A program made the position numbers and the translations under genes. The notes below the pieces were generated by a model. The model had not been told where the DNA came from, searched no databases, and saw only the letters and a program-made list of their open reading frames with translations. Shown one piece after another: positions 13,451 through 27,250 of a stretch of DNA of 64,000 bases; the first letter of the stretch is position 1, and the number at the start of each line of letters is the position of its first letter. The stretch is from the human T2T-CHM13v2.0 reference genome, Homo sapiens: the NCBI RefSeq assembly GCF_009914755.1, contig NC_060928.1; one strand, written 5' to 3'.

Positions 13451-15221
13451 AAAAATTTTCAAAATAATATTCAGAGTGGAAAATCCAAACAAATAATTAC
13501 TTTTTAGAAAGTACAAAATAATCTTTAGTGAAAGAAAGCCTGTAAGTATCTGTTGAGAAGGGCCGGGAAGTGGCATAAACTATTGTATGTGGTAATGTAT
13601 TCATTATATATATATATATTTTTGGAGAGCTATGTATACACATATCTGTATATGATATAGAGATATATCAAGTATCTGTATATTCAAAGCTTGTATAATT
13701 GAATACTTTTCATATATCCAATTTGGCATACATAAATTCTGCTGTGAAAGCCTTTAAAATTAAAATAAACTGTATATTGCATATATTGCAAGTGGAGTGG
13801 AAATATTTTTTAAATTATACAATTTTTGGCACTTTGTCTCTCAAGATAAATTTTCTATACCCCTTTCCCTATTATTCAGACAGTCTCTTAGTTGCTTCAA
13901 CCTTCCATGTATCATACAAACAATATTTTATGACTTATTATATCATGTAAGGCCAATGGTATTTAGATTTTCTTTCTGTCTCTTTTGGCATCTGACTGAG
14001 TTTTAATTAGCCTTTCTTGGAAAAACCACACTCATAATGCATTTATAGATTTGAATTTGTGTCTTCTATCTTAAATATATTTGCAAAGCAATCTCATATA
14101 AAATCCTTCTATCTTTTAAAGTTTCCCTCAAATGCGTACACTTTTTGTAATAAGTGATTTAAGAGAATATTGTCAATAATTCACCATTAATAGCTCTTTG
14201 CAATTATCCATCTTAGTTTTCATTAAAAAAACTCATTTTACACCAGCATTAAAAATATCAGATAGTAAATAAACCAGATGATTACAATGACAGCTACAAT
14301 TGGCATAAATATGCTTAAGAACAAATGTTGATCAACATTAGTGAGTTTCCAACCCAATTGTTGTAGCAGATGTGTGAATATATGCAAGACTAACCAGTGC
14401 TGATTAGTCAGCAAGCCTTTTTTCAGTACACTTTTCTTTTTTCAGTATACTTTTCCTGAGGAAATGGACAGCATTGGTTTCTGACTACTTAGTTAATTTT
14501 TAATCAAGTAAGATATTTTCTAACTTATTATTATTGATGGTATTAAAATATCAAATAGATGGTTGTGGCAAATGTCCTTTAAAAGTCTTTCTAGTAATGT
14601 AGTTTATACATGTATTCAAACAAAGTTCAATTTATTGTTGATGAATGCATTCCAATATCACTGTTTCATAGGAAACTATATGAATTTAGACATTAAAGTG
14701 GCTTTTTATTATAAAATAATAAAATACTGCTAATGTTTAATTGAACAGAATCAGCAATGAAGCAAAAAAGGGCAGTGGATAATTGCATTTAATAAATTGA
14801 TTTGATTTAGTAGTTCATGATTTTTAAAGCTTTTTACTTTTCAAGGATATAACAATATAAAATGCATGTTCAACCTCCATAAAGCATTATTTTGCTCTGA
14901 ATTAGATAATAAATCATATTTCTACTTCTGGTAATAATTTTATTCATTTTTTTCTCATAAAATATGAAATAATAGAGTAAAACTCATTGATAAATGGACT
15001 ATCATTTTCAGTTTTGCAATCTTATTTTCTATGGAATAATGTAAAGAGAAATGGGTACTACTCAAATATATCCATGCTACAAAATAAGGAAATTATCCCC
15101 AAACTGGAACAGTTTACCTTTTAAAATGAGGAAGGTAATTATCTTACTAATTTCAAAAACAATAAAATAGTTTAAATTATTTATTTCCCCTGCGATGAAA
15201 AAATTTATAAAGTAATGCAGC

Positions 15222-15247
15222 GTGTGTGTTTCTGTGTGTGTGTGTGT

Positions 15248-15279
<32 letters not shown>

Positions 15280-15300
15280 CAGAGAGGCAGAGAGAGAGAG
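15222..15300. repeat. (TG)n followed by (AG)/(AGAGAC)n compound microsatellite
   Basis: Seen directly. Confidence 0.9.
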
Positions 15301-16399
15301 ATTCCATATATTAGAGAAACACATGTGAGTTACACACTTACAATTTTTTAATGTCATTGATATATAATGACAGAATTTTGGATTTGAAAAATAAATGAAG
15401 ACTATATACTCTAACTTCTTTATTTTCAATAAGAAACTGGAGTTGTGTGTGATGAGTAATCAAAACTAGAAGGTGCATCCTATGTAACAAAATGAGATTT
15501 TGAAAGTTGGTACATTGTTTATTATAAAGGGATGCAAGTTTCAAATAATGAATAACTCAAGGCATTGAAATGAGGAATTGATACAGGTTTTGAAGAGGGA
15601 AGACAATTCTTCCTTTCATTTAACCCAAATGCCCAGGGCCAAACCTCTCCAGTTCAAATTTTGGTTGTTTTTTGGTGTTTGTCTTTTGTAGTCGTAAAGA
15701 GAATACGTATGAGGGAAGAAAGGGGCTTTCTTAAAAGGTACAGTGAGGTCTTCTAACCAATTATTTTGACCTAGTCATTCAAATTTTAGACCTTTAGAAT
15801 ATTTAAACAAAAATACAAGATTACAAGTATTTGAAAACAAGTTTAGCTTTGTATTCAAAATCAAAATATAATTGTGCTTAACCTTTCAGGGTTGGAATGT
15901 GCTTAATTTCCACAGATGAGTTTGTGCTATTAAACCTACTTCAGAAAAAAATATTTTTTGGTGAGTCGTTTTGGCTTTTTTGTGTTGATCAATACAATGA
16001 TTTTATGTAAAATTACTTTTTGGTGTTCAGCTTTCCATGACATTTTAAAACATCCGTAAAAACAGTAACTAGACCTTTGCATAAAATAAACAACTTGGCA
16101 AAATTTTCTAGAAGGGACATTGAGTTAAATCACCTGCACCCAGCCATCACTTGGTTTCACCCAAACATTCTGAAGTTTTCAGGTCATAATCATCACTGTA
16201 GAGTGCTACGGTATATCTCTATTATTCTTAGAATTCTATGAATTTTTTCGTGAATGTGATTTACAAATTTTGGACTCCCCTTCTAAGACTGTATCATGAT
16301 TTAAAATTTAAAAAATTTACTAACACAAGCATACATTCTAATACTAACTCAATTTTTTTGAGTTGTTAAAGTGTAGCCTTGTAACAAGCTCTGATAACA

Positions 16400-16520
16400 T
16401 TAAGTATTATCTATTTAAGCTTTATAGCAAAACCGTGAGGTATTCATTGTTTTACAGGTGAGGACATTCTGTCTCAGCGTAGTTAAGTAATCTGATTTGG
16501 ATCAACTGAGTTAGTGTCCC
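16400..16520 (-). mobile_element. MIR core fragment
   Basis: 'ttttacaggtgaggac...tctcag...gttaagtaa'. Confidence 0.6.
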
Positions 16521-16577
16521 TCACTGCCGTCATTCATCTTCCACATCCTTTATTAATAACAACCATGATTATCATTA

Positions 16578-16786
16578 CAGTAGGTCCTCACTTAACATAT
16601 ATAAAGATTCTTGGAAACTGTGACTTTAAGTGAAACAATGTATAACAAAACCATTCTTCTTTACATCTATGCTTTAACCATATGACATTGAATGAGACAA
16701 TGTTATTTGTGGACCTGCTGTACATTGTTTCACTTCAAGTTGCAATTTTCAAGAACTTTTCAGCAACATTAGATGAGGACTTATTG
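16578..16786. mobile_element. TcMar-Tigger MITE (MER6B-like)
   Basis: TIRs 'cagtaggtcctcacttaac' / 'attagatgaggacttattg'; TA target duplication at 16576-77 and 16787-88; ~210 bp. Confidence 0.85.
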
Positions 16787-17430
16787 TATATAGTTTACAT
16801 GTACATATGTTTATGCATACATATAGATATGTATGTATGAAGGCATGCATCCTTCCTTCTCTTTCCGAACATTGGAGCAGAACCAATATAATCATGATTG
16901 CATACACCCATACGTTAATATGTTGGTAAATTGGATTTGTTATATAAAGAAATTGCAATGAAGTGCTAAGTAAACAAATATCTGTTTACATTATAATCTC
17001 TATGGCATGTTATATTTTAATTTCTATCTAGAAATGCATTGTGAAACCTAATAAAAAATTTGAAGCTTTATGCTCACCCTGCCCTTCTTGTCCGCTACTG
17101 CAAATTCTGCAGTGAGGAAATATTAGTTTTCTTTATCTTCCAGCAACGAAGAGTTTTTTGTTTATCTTTAATGTCATATTAACAATCTCATATTTATTCT
17201 GTGTAACTCATATCCCGCTCTTGATATTTTTTACTTTATGTAATAGTTGTGAGGGTTTGTTTATTTTGGTTATTATATCCCCAGTCCTTATTGCAATGCC
17301 TGTAAGATAGCAGACACTTGGAGTTCATTGGTAGACTAACTGGCTGACTCTATCCAACTTTGGTTATACTTCTTTTTTCTTTTTCCAGTCTGGGAAAAAA
17401 AATTACTTGTCTCTTATATTCTCAAGTAAT

Positions 17431-17480
17431 TTGTGTGTGTGTATATATATATATATATACACACACACAAATATATATGT
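17431..17480. repeat. (TG)(TA)(CA) compound microsatellite
   Basis: Seen directly. Confidence 0.85.
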
Positions 17481-17832
17481 AGTTTCCAAGAATATGTATA
17501 TAAATATATATTTCTGTGCATTTATGTATGTGTCTATACATAGAAGTGTGTGTGGTTATACATATATATACATATGCTTATTTTTAAAATTCGAAATAGG
17601 AATAAATAATTCCAAAGACAATAAAACATGCAACATTGCATGTTCAGAAACTTAATCAGGCTAGTTAACACATTTCACCACATTACAGCCATATATGTCC
17701 TATGCCTAATCATTTTCTTTTCAATTATGTTTAACTCGTGACAAAACCAACAAAAAGGATGGTACTTATGGAGCCCATTCTTTGTTTCCGATTTGGCATT
17801 CACACACCATGGAGTAAATTAATTTATTTTTG

Positions 17833-17836
17833 TCTG

Positions 17837-17879
<43 letters not shown>

Positions 17880-17894
17880 CTACCTATCTATCTA
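17833..17894. repeat. (TCTA)10 tetranucleotide STR with degenerate flanks
   Basis: Ten perfect TCTA units at 17837-17876. Confidence 0.95.
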
Positions 17895-17921
17895 ACTTAG
17901 TATATATTTGTCAAACCATGT

Positions 17922-18042
17922 TGTTATAGTTTGGTTCCGTGTCCTCATCCAAATTTCATGTGAAATTGTAATCCACAGGTGTTGGAGGAGTGACCTGGTG
18001 GGTGGTGACTGAATCATTGGGGTAGACTTCCCCCTTGCTATT
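17922..18042 (+). mobile_element. MST/THE1-class MaLR LTR, 5' fragment only
   Basis: 'tgttatagtttgg...gtgtcctcatccaaatttcatgtgaaattgtaatcc...gacctggtgggtggtgactgaatcattgggg...cccccttgct'. Confidence 0.8.
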
Positions 18043-18450
18043 GAGTTGCATTAGTTCCTTACCTATTTTGGCTATTAACTCATTATCAGAGATGTGGTTT
18101 ACAGAATTTTTTTCCCATTATGTGGGTTGTCTTTTCACTCTCTTAATTTGTGCAAAATATTTTTAATATCATAATCCATTTGTTAATTTTGGCCTTTTCT
18201 GCTTGTGGTTTTGGTGATACATCCAAAAATTCATTGCCAAAACCAATGTCACAAATATTTCCCCTATGTTTTATTCCAGTTTTTAAATGGTGTCGGGTAT
18301 TATATTTAAGTCTTTATGTTGAATTAATTTTTGTATGTAGTGTGAGATATGGGTTCAATTACTTTTTTCTGCATGTGTATATCTTGTTTTGTAAGTACAA
18401 TTTATTGAAAAGACTATTATTCTCCCATTGTGTCTTGTAATACCTTTTGT
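18037..18450 (-). mobile_element. L1M ORF2 3'-region fragment
   Basis: Antisense L1 motifs 'gctattgagttg', 'ccaaaaccaatgtca' and 'atttattgaaaagact...cccattgtgt'. Confidence 0.8.
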
Positions 18451-18465
18451 TTAGAGGGTAGATCT

Positions 18466-18499
<34 letters not shown>

Positions 18500-18720
18500 A
18501 AACTATGTGAAGCAATAGATATCTTAAGTGATGTTTAACAATTTATACTTATGTCAAATCAAGTTGTACAACTCATGTATATGTTAAATTTATGTATCTA
18601 TTTATATGTTGTACACATATGTTAAATTTATATATCTATACGTTTCATATATATTTGATTATCAATTGTACCTCAATAAAGTTGGAAAAATTAAAAATAA
18701 GTAAAAATAAAATAACAATT
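18451..18720 (+). mobile_element. L1MA/MB 3' end with internal (CA)n
   Basis: 'agagggtagatcttaa(ca)n...actatgtga...gttgtaca...tcaattgtacctcaataaagttggaaaaa'. Confidence 0.75.
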
Positions 18721-21361
18721 CAATAGAAACTTTTGCAAACAATATGAACAGATATTTCAAAGAAAACACCTAAAATTTGTGCAAATCTTCTTATCATGGG
18801 AAAATGTTCTGAGCCTCAATTAAAGAAAAATATATATAAATTAAAATTATAGTGCACTACTATTTACCTCCTATCATATTGGCAAAAATTCAGTTTTGAA
18901 GTTCCAGAAAAATAAACTATTTGATATTATCTGTCAATATTTCAAACAGGGAAATATTGACTCAGTAGCTGTACTTACACAATTTTTTAGTACCAAAATA
19001 CTCACATAGAAATAAAATGCTCTATGCATGAAATTACTTTTATTTCATTGTTTTTAAAATCTGGGGAAAATCTCAATGTTTATCAGTAGATTGTTTAAAA
19101 TATTTATTTATAAACGTAATTAAACATAATATGCATCTCTAAAAATCAATAAGAATATAGAATTAAATTCTCCTACAAATAGGTCTAGGTATGAAAATTA
19201 TATAATCTCTATCTATAGGTAACTCAAAACCTCTCAACAAATCACAAAGCTTTTTCAAAATTAAAATACATCTAGATTAGCATTTGAATAAAGGTTAAAT
19301 AAATGCACAGTGCAAATAATGCAGAAAATAATTCTAAATATTTATTAATTCAAAATATGAAAGCAAATAAAAACAAAAATGAAAGCATAAAGAAAACATG
19401 AATAGAATGTTAAAAAACAAGGGAGTTAATAAAGCCTTTCACACTTTAATTTATAATAATAAAAATGCTAATTATTTATACTACCTTTGAAGAGAGAAGC
19501 AGTTTCATGTTAACAGAAAATGGGTAAAAAAGAAAAAAAAAAGCAACCCACAGAGGAAAATGCAAAATAAATAATTTTTGGGGATGTGCAATGTGTAAAA
19601 AAATGACAAATCATAAAATATAAAGAATTTGTCAAAAATAGGAGGGAAAAATAATACACAAACAAAAACCTGAGCATAATAAGTAAACAAACACTTTAGA
19701 GAAATAAAGTTAATATAAATTAGGTAAAAATATTAAATACTAAGCATACTCATAATAAGAGAAGGGTAAATTTTAGTACACTGAGAAACAACTATCAAAT
19801 GGATTAAAATAAAAGGCCTGCCAATCTTTAGAACATGTTAAAATTCTACATAATAAACTCATAAATAAAGATAAGTGAAAATCAAACCACAACACTTATG
19901 TAAAACTGAAACAAATAAACCTAACTGCATATTATAATTAGTAGAATAAATGATACAAAATTAATGAAAGCATTTTTATTAATTTGACCACATAAAAATA
20001 ACTTGTGTAACAAAAATTGAATAAAATATAATGCAATTGGGGTGCCTGGCAAGATGGCCAAATAGGAACAGCTCCGGTTTGCAGCTCTCAGTGAGATCAA
20101 CACAGAAGGTGGGTGATTTTTGCATTTCCAACTGAGGTACCCAGTTCTTCTCATTTAGACTGGTTAGACAGTGGGTGCAGCCCGCAGAGGGTGAGCCAAA
20201 GCAGGGTGGGGCATTGCCTCACCTGGGAAGCACAAGGGGTCGGGAAACTCCCTCCCCTAAACATGGGATGCTGTAGGGACTGTGCTGTGAGGAGCGGTGC
20301 ACTCCAGTCCAGATACTACACTTTTCCCAAGGACTTCACAACCCACAGACCTGGAGATTCCCTCGGGTGCCTACACCACCAGAGCCCTGGGTTTCAAGCA
20401 CAAAACTGGGTGGCCATTTGGACAGACACCGAGATAGCTGCAGGAGTTTTTTTTTTCATACCCCAGTGGTGCCTGGAACGCCAGTGAGACACAACCCTTC
20501 ACTGCCCTGGAAAGGGGGCTGAAGCCAGGGAGCCAAGTGATCTAGCTCAGTGGATCACACCCCCATGGAGCCCAGCAAGCTAAAATCCACAGGCCTGAAA
20601 TTATTGATGCCCATACAGCAGTCTGAAGTCAACCTGGGAGGGGCGTACACCATTCCTGAGGCTTGAGTAGGCAGTTTTCCCCTGATAGAGCAAACAAAGC
20701 CACAGGGAAGTTTGAACTGGGTGGAGCCCACCACAGCTCAGCAAAGCCACTGTAGCCAGACTGCCTCTCTAGATTCCTCCTCATTGGGAAGGACATCTGT
20801 GAAAGAAAGGCAGCAGCCCTAGTCGGGGGCTTACAGATAAAACTCCCATCTTCCTGGGACAGAGCACCTAGGGGAAGGGGTGGCTGTGGGCGCAGCTTCG
20901 GCAGGCTTAAATGTTCCTGCCTGCCAGCTCCGAAGAGAGCAGCGGATCTCTCAGCACAGTGCTGGAGATCCACTAAGGAACAGACTGCCTCATCAAGTGG
21001 GTACCTGACCCCAGTGGCTCCTCACTGGGAGATACCTCCCAGCAAGGGTCGACAGATACCTCATAGAGGACAGCCCTGGCTGGCATCTGGTGGGTGCCCC
21101 TCTCAGATGAAGCTTCCAGAGGAAGGAACAGGCAGCAATCTTTGCTGTTCTGCATCCTCTGCTGGTGAAAACTAGGCAAACAGGGTCTGGAGTGGACCTC
21201 TAGCAAACTCCAGCAGACCTGCAGCAGAGGGGCCTGACTGTTAGATGGAAAAGTAACAAATAGAAAGGAATAGCAGCAACATCAACAAAAATGACATCCA
21301 TACAAAATCCCCATCCGAAGGTCACCTATGTCAAAGATCAAAGGTAGATAAATCCACGAAG

Positions 21362-22357
21362 ATGAGGAAAAACCAGTGCAAAAAGGCTGAAGATTTACCA
21401 AAACCAGAATGCTTCTTCTCCAAAGGATCACACCTCCTCACCAGCAAGGGAATAAAACTGAACAAAGAATGAGTTTGGCAAATTGACAGAAGAAGGCTTC
21501 AGAAGGTGGGTAATAACAAACTCTTCTGAGCTAAAGGATCATGTCTTAATCCAATACAAGGATGCTAAGAACTTTGAAAAAAATGTTAAAGGAATTGCTA
21601 ACTAGAATAACCAGTTTAGAGAAGAACATAAATGAGCTGAAAAACACAGCACAAGAACTTTATGAAGCATACACAAGTATCGATAGCCAAATCAATCAAG
21701 TGGGAGAAAGGATATCAGGGATTGAAGATCAGCTTAATGAAATAAACCATAAAGAATCAAAAGGAATGAACAAAGCCTCCAAGAAATTTGGGACAATGTG
21801 AAAAGACCAAACCTATATTTGATTGGTGTACCTGAAAGTGACAGGGAGAATAGAACCAAGCTGGAAAACACTCTTCAGGATACTATCCATGAGGACTTCA
21901 CCAACCTGACAAGACAGGCCAACATTCAAATTCAAGAAATACAGAGAACACCACAAAGGCACTCCTCAAGAAGAGCAACCCCAAGACACATAATCGTAAG
22001 ATTCACTGAAGTTGAAATGAAGGAAAAAATGTTAAGGGTAGCCAGAGAGAAAAGTCGGGTTACCCACAAGGGGAAGCCCCTCAGACTAACAGCAGATCTC
22101 TTGGCAGAAACCCTACAAGCCAGAAGAGAGTGGGGGCCAATATTCAACATTCTTAAAGAAAAGAATTTTCAACCCAGAATTTCATATCCAGCCAAACTAA
22201 GCTTCATAAGTGAAGGAGAAATAAAATCCTTTAAGACAAGCAAATGCTGAGAGATGTTGTCACCACTAGGCCTGCCTTACAAGAGATCCTGAAGGAAGTA
22301 CTAAATATGGAAAGGAAAAACCGGTTCCAGCCTCTGCAAACACATACAAAATTGTAA
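21362..22357 (+). pseudogene. L1 ORF1p, disrupted
   Basis: ATG at 21362; ORF track 21798-22250 gives 'KRPNLYLIGVPE...RATPRHIIVRF...ARREWGPIFNILKEKNFQPRISYPAKLSF'; frameshifts present. Confidence 0.9.
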
Positions 22358-22420
22358 AGACCATTGACACTTTGAAGAAGCTGTATCAACTAACGGGCAA
22401 AATAACCAGCTAGCATCATA

Positions 22421-25400
22421 ATGACAGGATCAAATTCACACATAACAATATTAACCTTAAACGTAAATGGGCTAAATGCCCTCAATTAAAAGACACAGAC
22501 TAGCAAATTGGATAAAGAGTAAAGACCCATCAGTGTGCTGTATTCAGGAGACCCATCTCCCATGCAAAGATACACATAGTCTCAAAATAAAGGGATGGAG
22601 GAATATTTACCAAGCAAATGGAAAGCAAAAAATAAAAAAAAAGCAACAGGGGTTGCAATCCTAGTCTCTGATAAAACAGACTTTAAAACAACAAAGATCA
22701 AAAAAGACAAAGAAAGGCATTACAAAGTAGTAAAGAGATAAATGCAACAAGAAGAGCTATTTTTGATATATGTGCACCTAATACAGGAGCACCCAGATTC
22801 ATATAGCAAGCTCTTTGAGACCTACAAAGACACTTAGACTCCCACACAATAATAGTGGGAGATTTTAACACCCAACTGTGAATATTAGACAGATATGAGA
22901 CAGAAAATCAACAAGGATATTCAGGACTTGAACAAGCTCTGGACCAAGCAGACCTAATAAACATCTATAGAACTCTCCACTCCAAATCAACAGAATATAT
23001 ATTCCTCTCAGCACCACATCCCACTTATTCTAAAATTGACCACATAAATGGAAGTAAAACACTCCTCAGCAAATGCAAAAAAAACATTGATATGATAACA
23101 AACAGTCTCTCAGACCACAGTGCAATCAAATTAGAACTCAAGATTAAGAAACTCACTCAAAACTGCACAACTACATGGAAACTGAACAACTTGCTCCTAA
23201 ATGACTACTGGGTAAATAACTAAATGAAGGCAGAAATAAATAAGTTATTTGAAACATTGAGAACAAAGACGACGTACCAAATCTCTGGGACACAGCTAAT
23301 GCAGTATTTAGATGGAAATTTATAGCACTAAATGCCCACAGGAGAAAGTGGGAAAGATCTAAACTCGACACCCTCACATCACAATTAAAATAACTAGAGA
23401 AGCAGAAACAAACAAATTCAAAAGCTAGCAGAAGACAAGAAATAACTAAGGTCAGAGCACAGCTGAAGGAGATAGAGACATGAAAGACCCTTCAAAAAGT
23501 CAGTGAATCCAGGAACTGGTTTTTGAAAAGATTAACAAAATAGATAGACCACTAGCCAGACTAATAAAGAAGAAAAGAGAGAAGAAAAAAATAGAAACAA
23601 TAAAAAATGATAAATGGGATATTACCACTGATCCCACAGAAATACAAACTACCATCAGAGAATACTATAAATACCTCTACACAAATAAACTAGAAAATCT
23701 GGAAGAAATGGATAAATTCCTGGGCACATACACTCTCCCAAGACTAAACCAGGAAGAAGTTGAATCCTTGAATTGATCAATAACAAGTTCTGAAATTCAG
23801 GCAATAGTTAATAGCCTACCAACAAAAAAAGCCCAGGACCAGATGGATTCACAGCTTAATACTACCAGAGGTACAAAGAGGAGCTGGTAGCATTCCTTCT
23901 GAAACTATTCCAACAATGGAAAAAGAGAGAATCCTCCCTAATTCATTTTATGAAGCCAGCATCATCCTGATACCAAAGCCTGGCAGAGACACAACAAAAA
24001 AGGAAAAATTCAGGCCAATATCCCTGATTAACATCGATGTGAAAATCCTCAGTAAAATACTGGTAAACTGAATCCAGCAGCATATCCAAAAGCTTATCCA
24101 CCACAATCAAGTCGGCTTCATCCCTGGGATGAAAGGTTGGTTCAACATGTACAAATCAGTAAACGTAATCTATCACATAAACAGGACCAATTACAAAAAC
24201 CACATGATTATCTAAATAGATGCAGAAAAGGCCCTTGATAAAATTCAACACCCTTTCATGCTAAAAACTCTCAATAAACTAGGTATTGATGGAACATATC
24301 TCAAAATAATAAGAGCTATTTATGACAAACCCACAGCCAATATCATACTTAATGGGAAAAAGCTGAAAGCATTCCCTTTGAAAACTGGCACAAGACAAGG
24401 ATGCCCTCTCTCACCACTCCTATTAAACACAGTATTGGAAGTTCTGGTCAGGGCACTCAGACAAGACAAAAAAAAAGTGTATTCAAATAGGAAGAGACGA
24501 AGTAATTTATAGATTCAATGCTGTCCCCATCAAGCTACCATTGACTTTCTTCACAAAATTAGAAAAAAATACTATAAATTTCTTATGGAACCAAAAAAAA
24601 GCCCATAAAGCCAAGATGATCCTAAGCAAAAAGAAAGCTGGAGGCATCATGCTACCTAACTTCAAACTATACTACAAGGCTACAGTAACCAAAATAGCAT
24701 CGTACTGGTACCAAAACATACGTAGACCAATGGAATAGAAAAGAGGCCTCAGAAATAATGCCACACATCTACAACTATCTGATCTTTGACAAACCTGACA
24801 AAAACAAGCAATGGCAAAAGGATTCCCTATTTAATAAACGGTGTGAAAACTGGCTAGCCATATGCACAAAATGGAACTGGACCTCTTCCTTACACCTGAC
24901 AAAAAAAATTAACTCAAGATGGATTAAAGACTTAAACGTAAGACCTAAAACTATAAAAACTCTAGAAGAAAACCTAGGCAATACCATTCAGGACACAGGC
25001 ATGGGCAAAGACTTTATAACTAAAACATCAAAAGCAATGGCAATACAAGCCAAAATTGACAAATGGGATCTAATTAAACTAAAGAGCTTCTGCACAGCAA
25101 AAGAAACTATCATCAGAGTGAACAGACAACCTACAGAGTGGGAGAAAATTTTTGCAATCTATCCATCTGACAATGGGCTAATATCCAGGATCTACAAGGA
25201 ACTTAAACAAATTTACAAGAATAAAACTGACAACCCCATTAAAAAGTGAGCAAAGGATATGAACAGACACTTCTCAAAAGAAGACATTTATGTGGCCAAC
25301 AAACATATGAAAAAAAAGTTCATCATCAATGGTCATTAGAGAAATGCAGATCAAAACCACAGTGAGATACCATCTCATGCCAGTTAGAATGGCGATCATT

Positions 25401-25856
25401 AAAAATTCAGGAAACAATTCAGAGAAGATGTGGAGAAATAGGAATGCTTTTACACTGTTGGTGGGAGTGTAATTTAGTTAAACCATTGTGGAAGACAGTG
25501 TGGTGATTCCTCAAGGACCTAGAATCAGAAATATCATTTGACTCAGAAATCCCATTTCTGGGTATATACCCAAAGGATTATAAATCATTCTACTATAAAG
25601 ACACATGCACATGTATATTTATTGCAGCACTATTCACAATAGCAAAAACTTGGAACCAACCCAAATTTCCACCAGTGATAGACTGGATAAAGAAAATGTG
25701 GCATATATACACCATGGAATACTATGCAGCCATAAAAAAAGATGAGTTTATGTCCTTTGCAGGGACATGGATGAAGCTGAAAATCATCATTCTCAGCAAA
25801 CTAACACAGGAACAGAAAACCACCACCACATGTTCTCGCTCGTAAGTGGGAGTTGA
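22421..25856 (+). pseudogene. L1 ORF2p (endonuclease/RT), disrupted and internally deleted
   Basis: Starts 'atgacaggatcaaattcacac'; fragments 'CCIQETHL', '[13 protein letters not shown]', '[15 protein letters not shown]'; multiple stops and frameshifts; FADD region absent. Confidence 0.9.
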
Positions 25857-26099
25857 AAAATGAGAACACATGGACACAGGGAGGGGAACATCACACAATG
25901 GGGCCTTTTGTGGGGGTGGGGGGATAGGAGAGGGAGTATTAGGAGAAATGCCTAATGTGGATGATGGGTTGATGGGTGCAGCAAACCACCATGGCACGTG
26001 TATACTTATGTAACAAACCTGCACGTTTTGCACATGTATTTCAGAACTGAACATATAATAATAAAAAAATGCAATCCACATTCCAATCAATAATAGTGA

Positions 26100-27250
26100 A
26101 TACATGGATAGCCACCAACTGATCCTATGTAAAAATTACCAGAAAGACAATGCATAGAAGAGTGACTTTTAAAAATAAGCAGGTTTATGGAGAAATAAAT
26201 TTAAGCTAGTTCGATTAAATAAATTTTGAAAGATATAATTTCACAGTCATGATATTGGCAAAAATGTAGTTTTAATATATGCACTATTGCCTACATGAAA
26301 CCTTATATAATGATGGTAGATGTGTCAAGTAGTAAAAATGCTTGGGAAAAATTGGAAAATATTTAGTAAATGTAAGGCATACCCCAAGTTAGCTGTTAGC
26401 TTTTTTTTTTTTTTTTTTTTTGAAAGGGAGTCTTGCTCTTTTTGCCCAGGCTGGAGTGCAATGGTGTGATCTCGGCTCACTGCAACATCCATCTCCGGGT
26501 TCATTCAAGTCTCCTGCCTCAGTCTCCCTAGTAGCTGGGATTATAGGTGCCTGCCACCACGGCCAGCTAATTTTTGTATGTTTAGTAGAGATGGGGTTTC
26601 ACCATGCCAGCCAGGCTGGTCTCAAACTCCTGACCTCAGGTGATCCACCCGTCTCAGCCTCCCAAAGTGTTGGGATTACAGTTGTGAGCCACCACACCCG
26701 GCCAGTTAGCTCTTGAATATACATGCATTTGGCCATACACTATAGAATGACTTAATGAAAACACAAGAGTGGCAAAAGCTTATTGCCTACAAGTAGGAAC
26801 ATGGATATATAAAGTGTGACTTCTCATACATTAAAATACTGTACATCATACTTTAGAATAAACTAAGCAAATCTATGTAATTCAATGTAAAACTATCTTA
26901 AAACACTATATTGAATGTTAACAAAAAGACATTGAATGGTGGAGGGCCTATAATACATTTATATAAATTTAAAAATGAACACATAAAAACTATTTTTAAC
27001 TATGGAACTATAATAACTCTCTAAACCTTGGGCAGTAACTTCTAGTGAGAAGTAGAACAATTAGATAATGGTGTCTGGTAGAGATATAATGGAGCTGAAA
27101 TGTTATCTGCAATATTTAATTCATTTAAAAAGATCTTAAAGATGCATAATATATTACAATTTTAATATAGGGTTTATGTGTGCATGTGTGTTCAGTATAT
27201 TATTTTATGCTATTTTAGAAGTTGTAATAAAAATAAAAATAACGCTTAAA
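26100..27250 (+). mobile_element. Degenerate L1ME/MC 3' region interrupted by an Alu
   Basis: L1M-like 3' motifs on both sides of the Alu ('aatactgtaca', 'catttatataaatttaaaaa'). Confidence 0.45.
26401..26703 (-). mobile_element. AluS (Sx/Sz-like)
   Basis: Full dimer with poly-T and 'cctgacctcaggtgatcc'; TSD agttagct(g/c)tt at 26387-97 and 26704-14. Confidence 0.92.

Larger units (their letters stand above)
20039..26066 (+). mobile_element. Near full-length L1PA7-like LINE-1, inactive
   Basis: 5' end 'gg...caagatggccaaataggaacagctccggt'; ~1.3 kb 5' UTR, ORF1, ORF2; 3' UTR 'gatgatgggttgatgggtgcagcaaaccaccatggcacg'; A-rich tail; TSD-like 'aatgcaat' at 20030-37 and 26068-75. Confidence 0.95.

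Noticed and set aside
14398-14413. Palindrome TGCTGA-TTAG-TCAGCA resembling a MARE
   Set aside because: The spacer length does not fit T-MARE or C-MARE, and it is isolated.
25910-25935. G-quadruplex-like G-run
   Set aside because: This is the ordinary polypurine tract of the L1 3' UTR.
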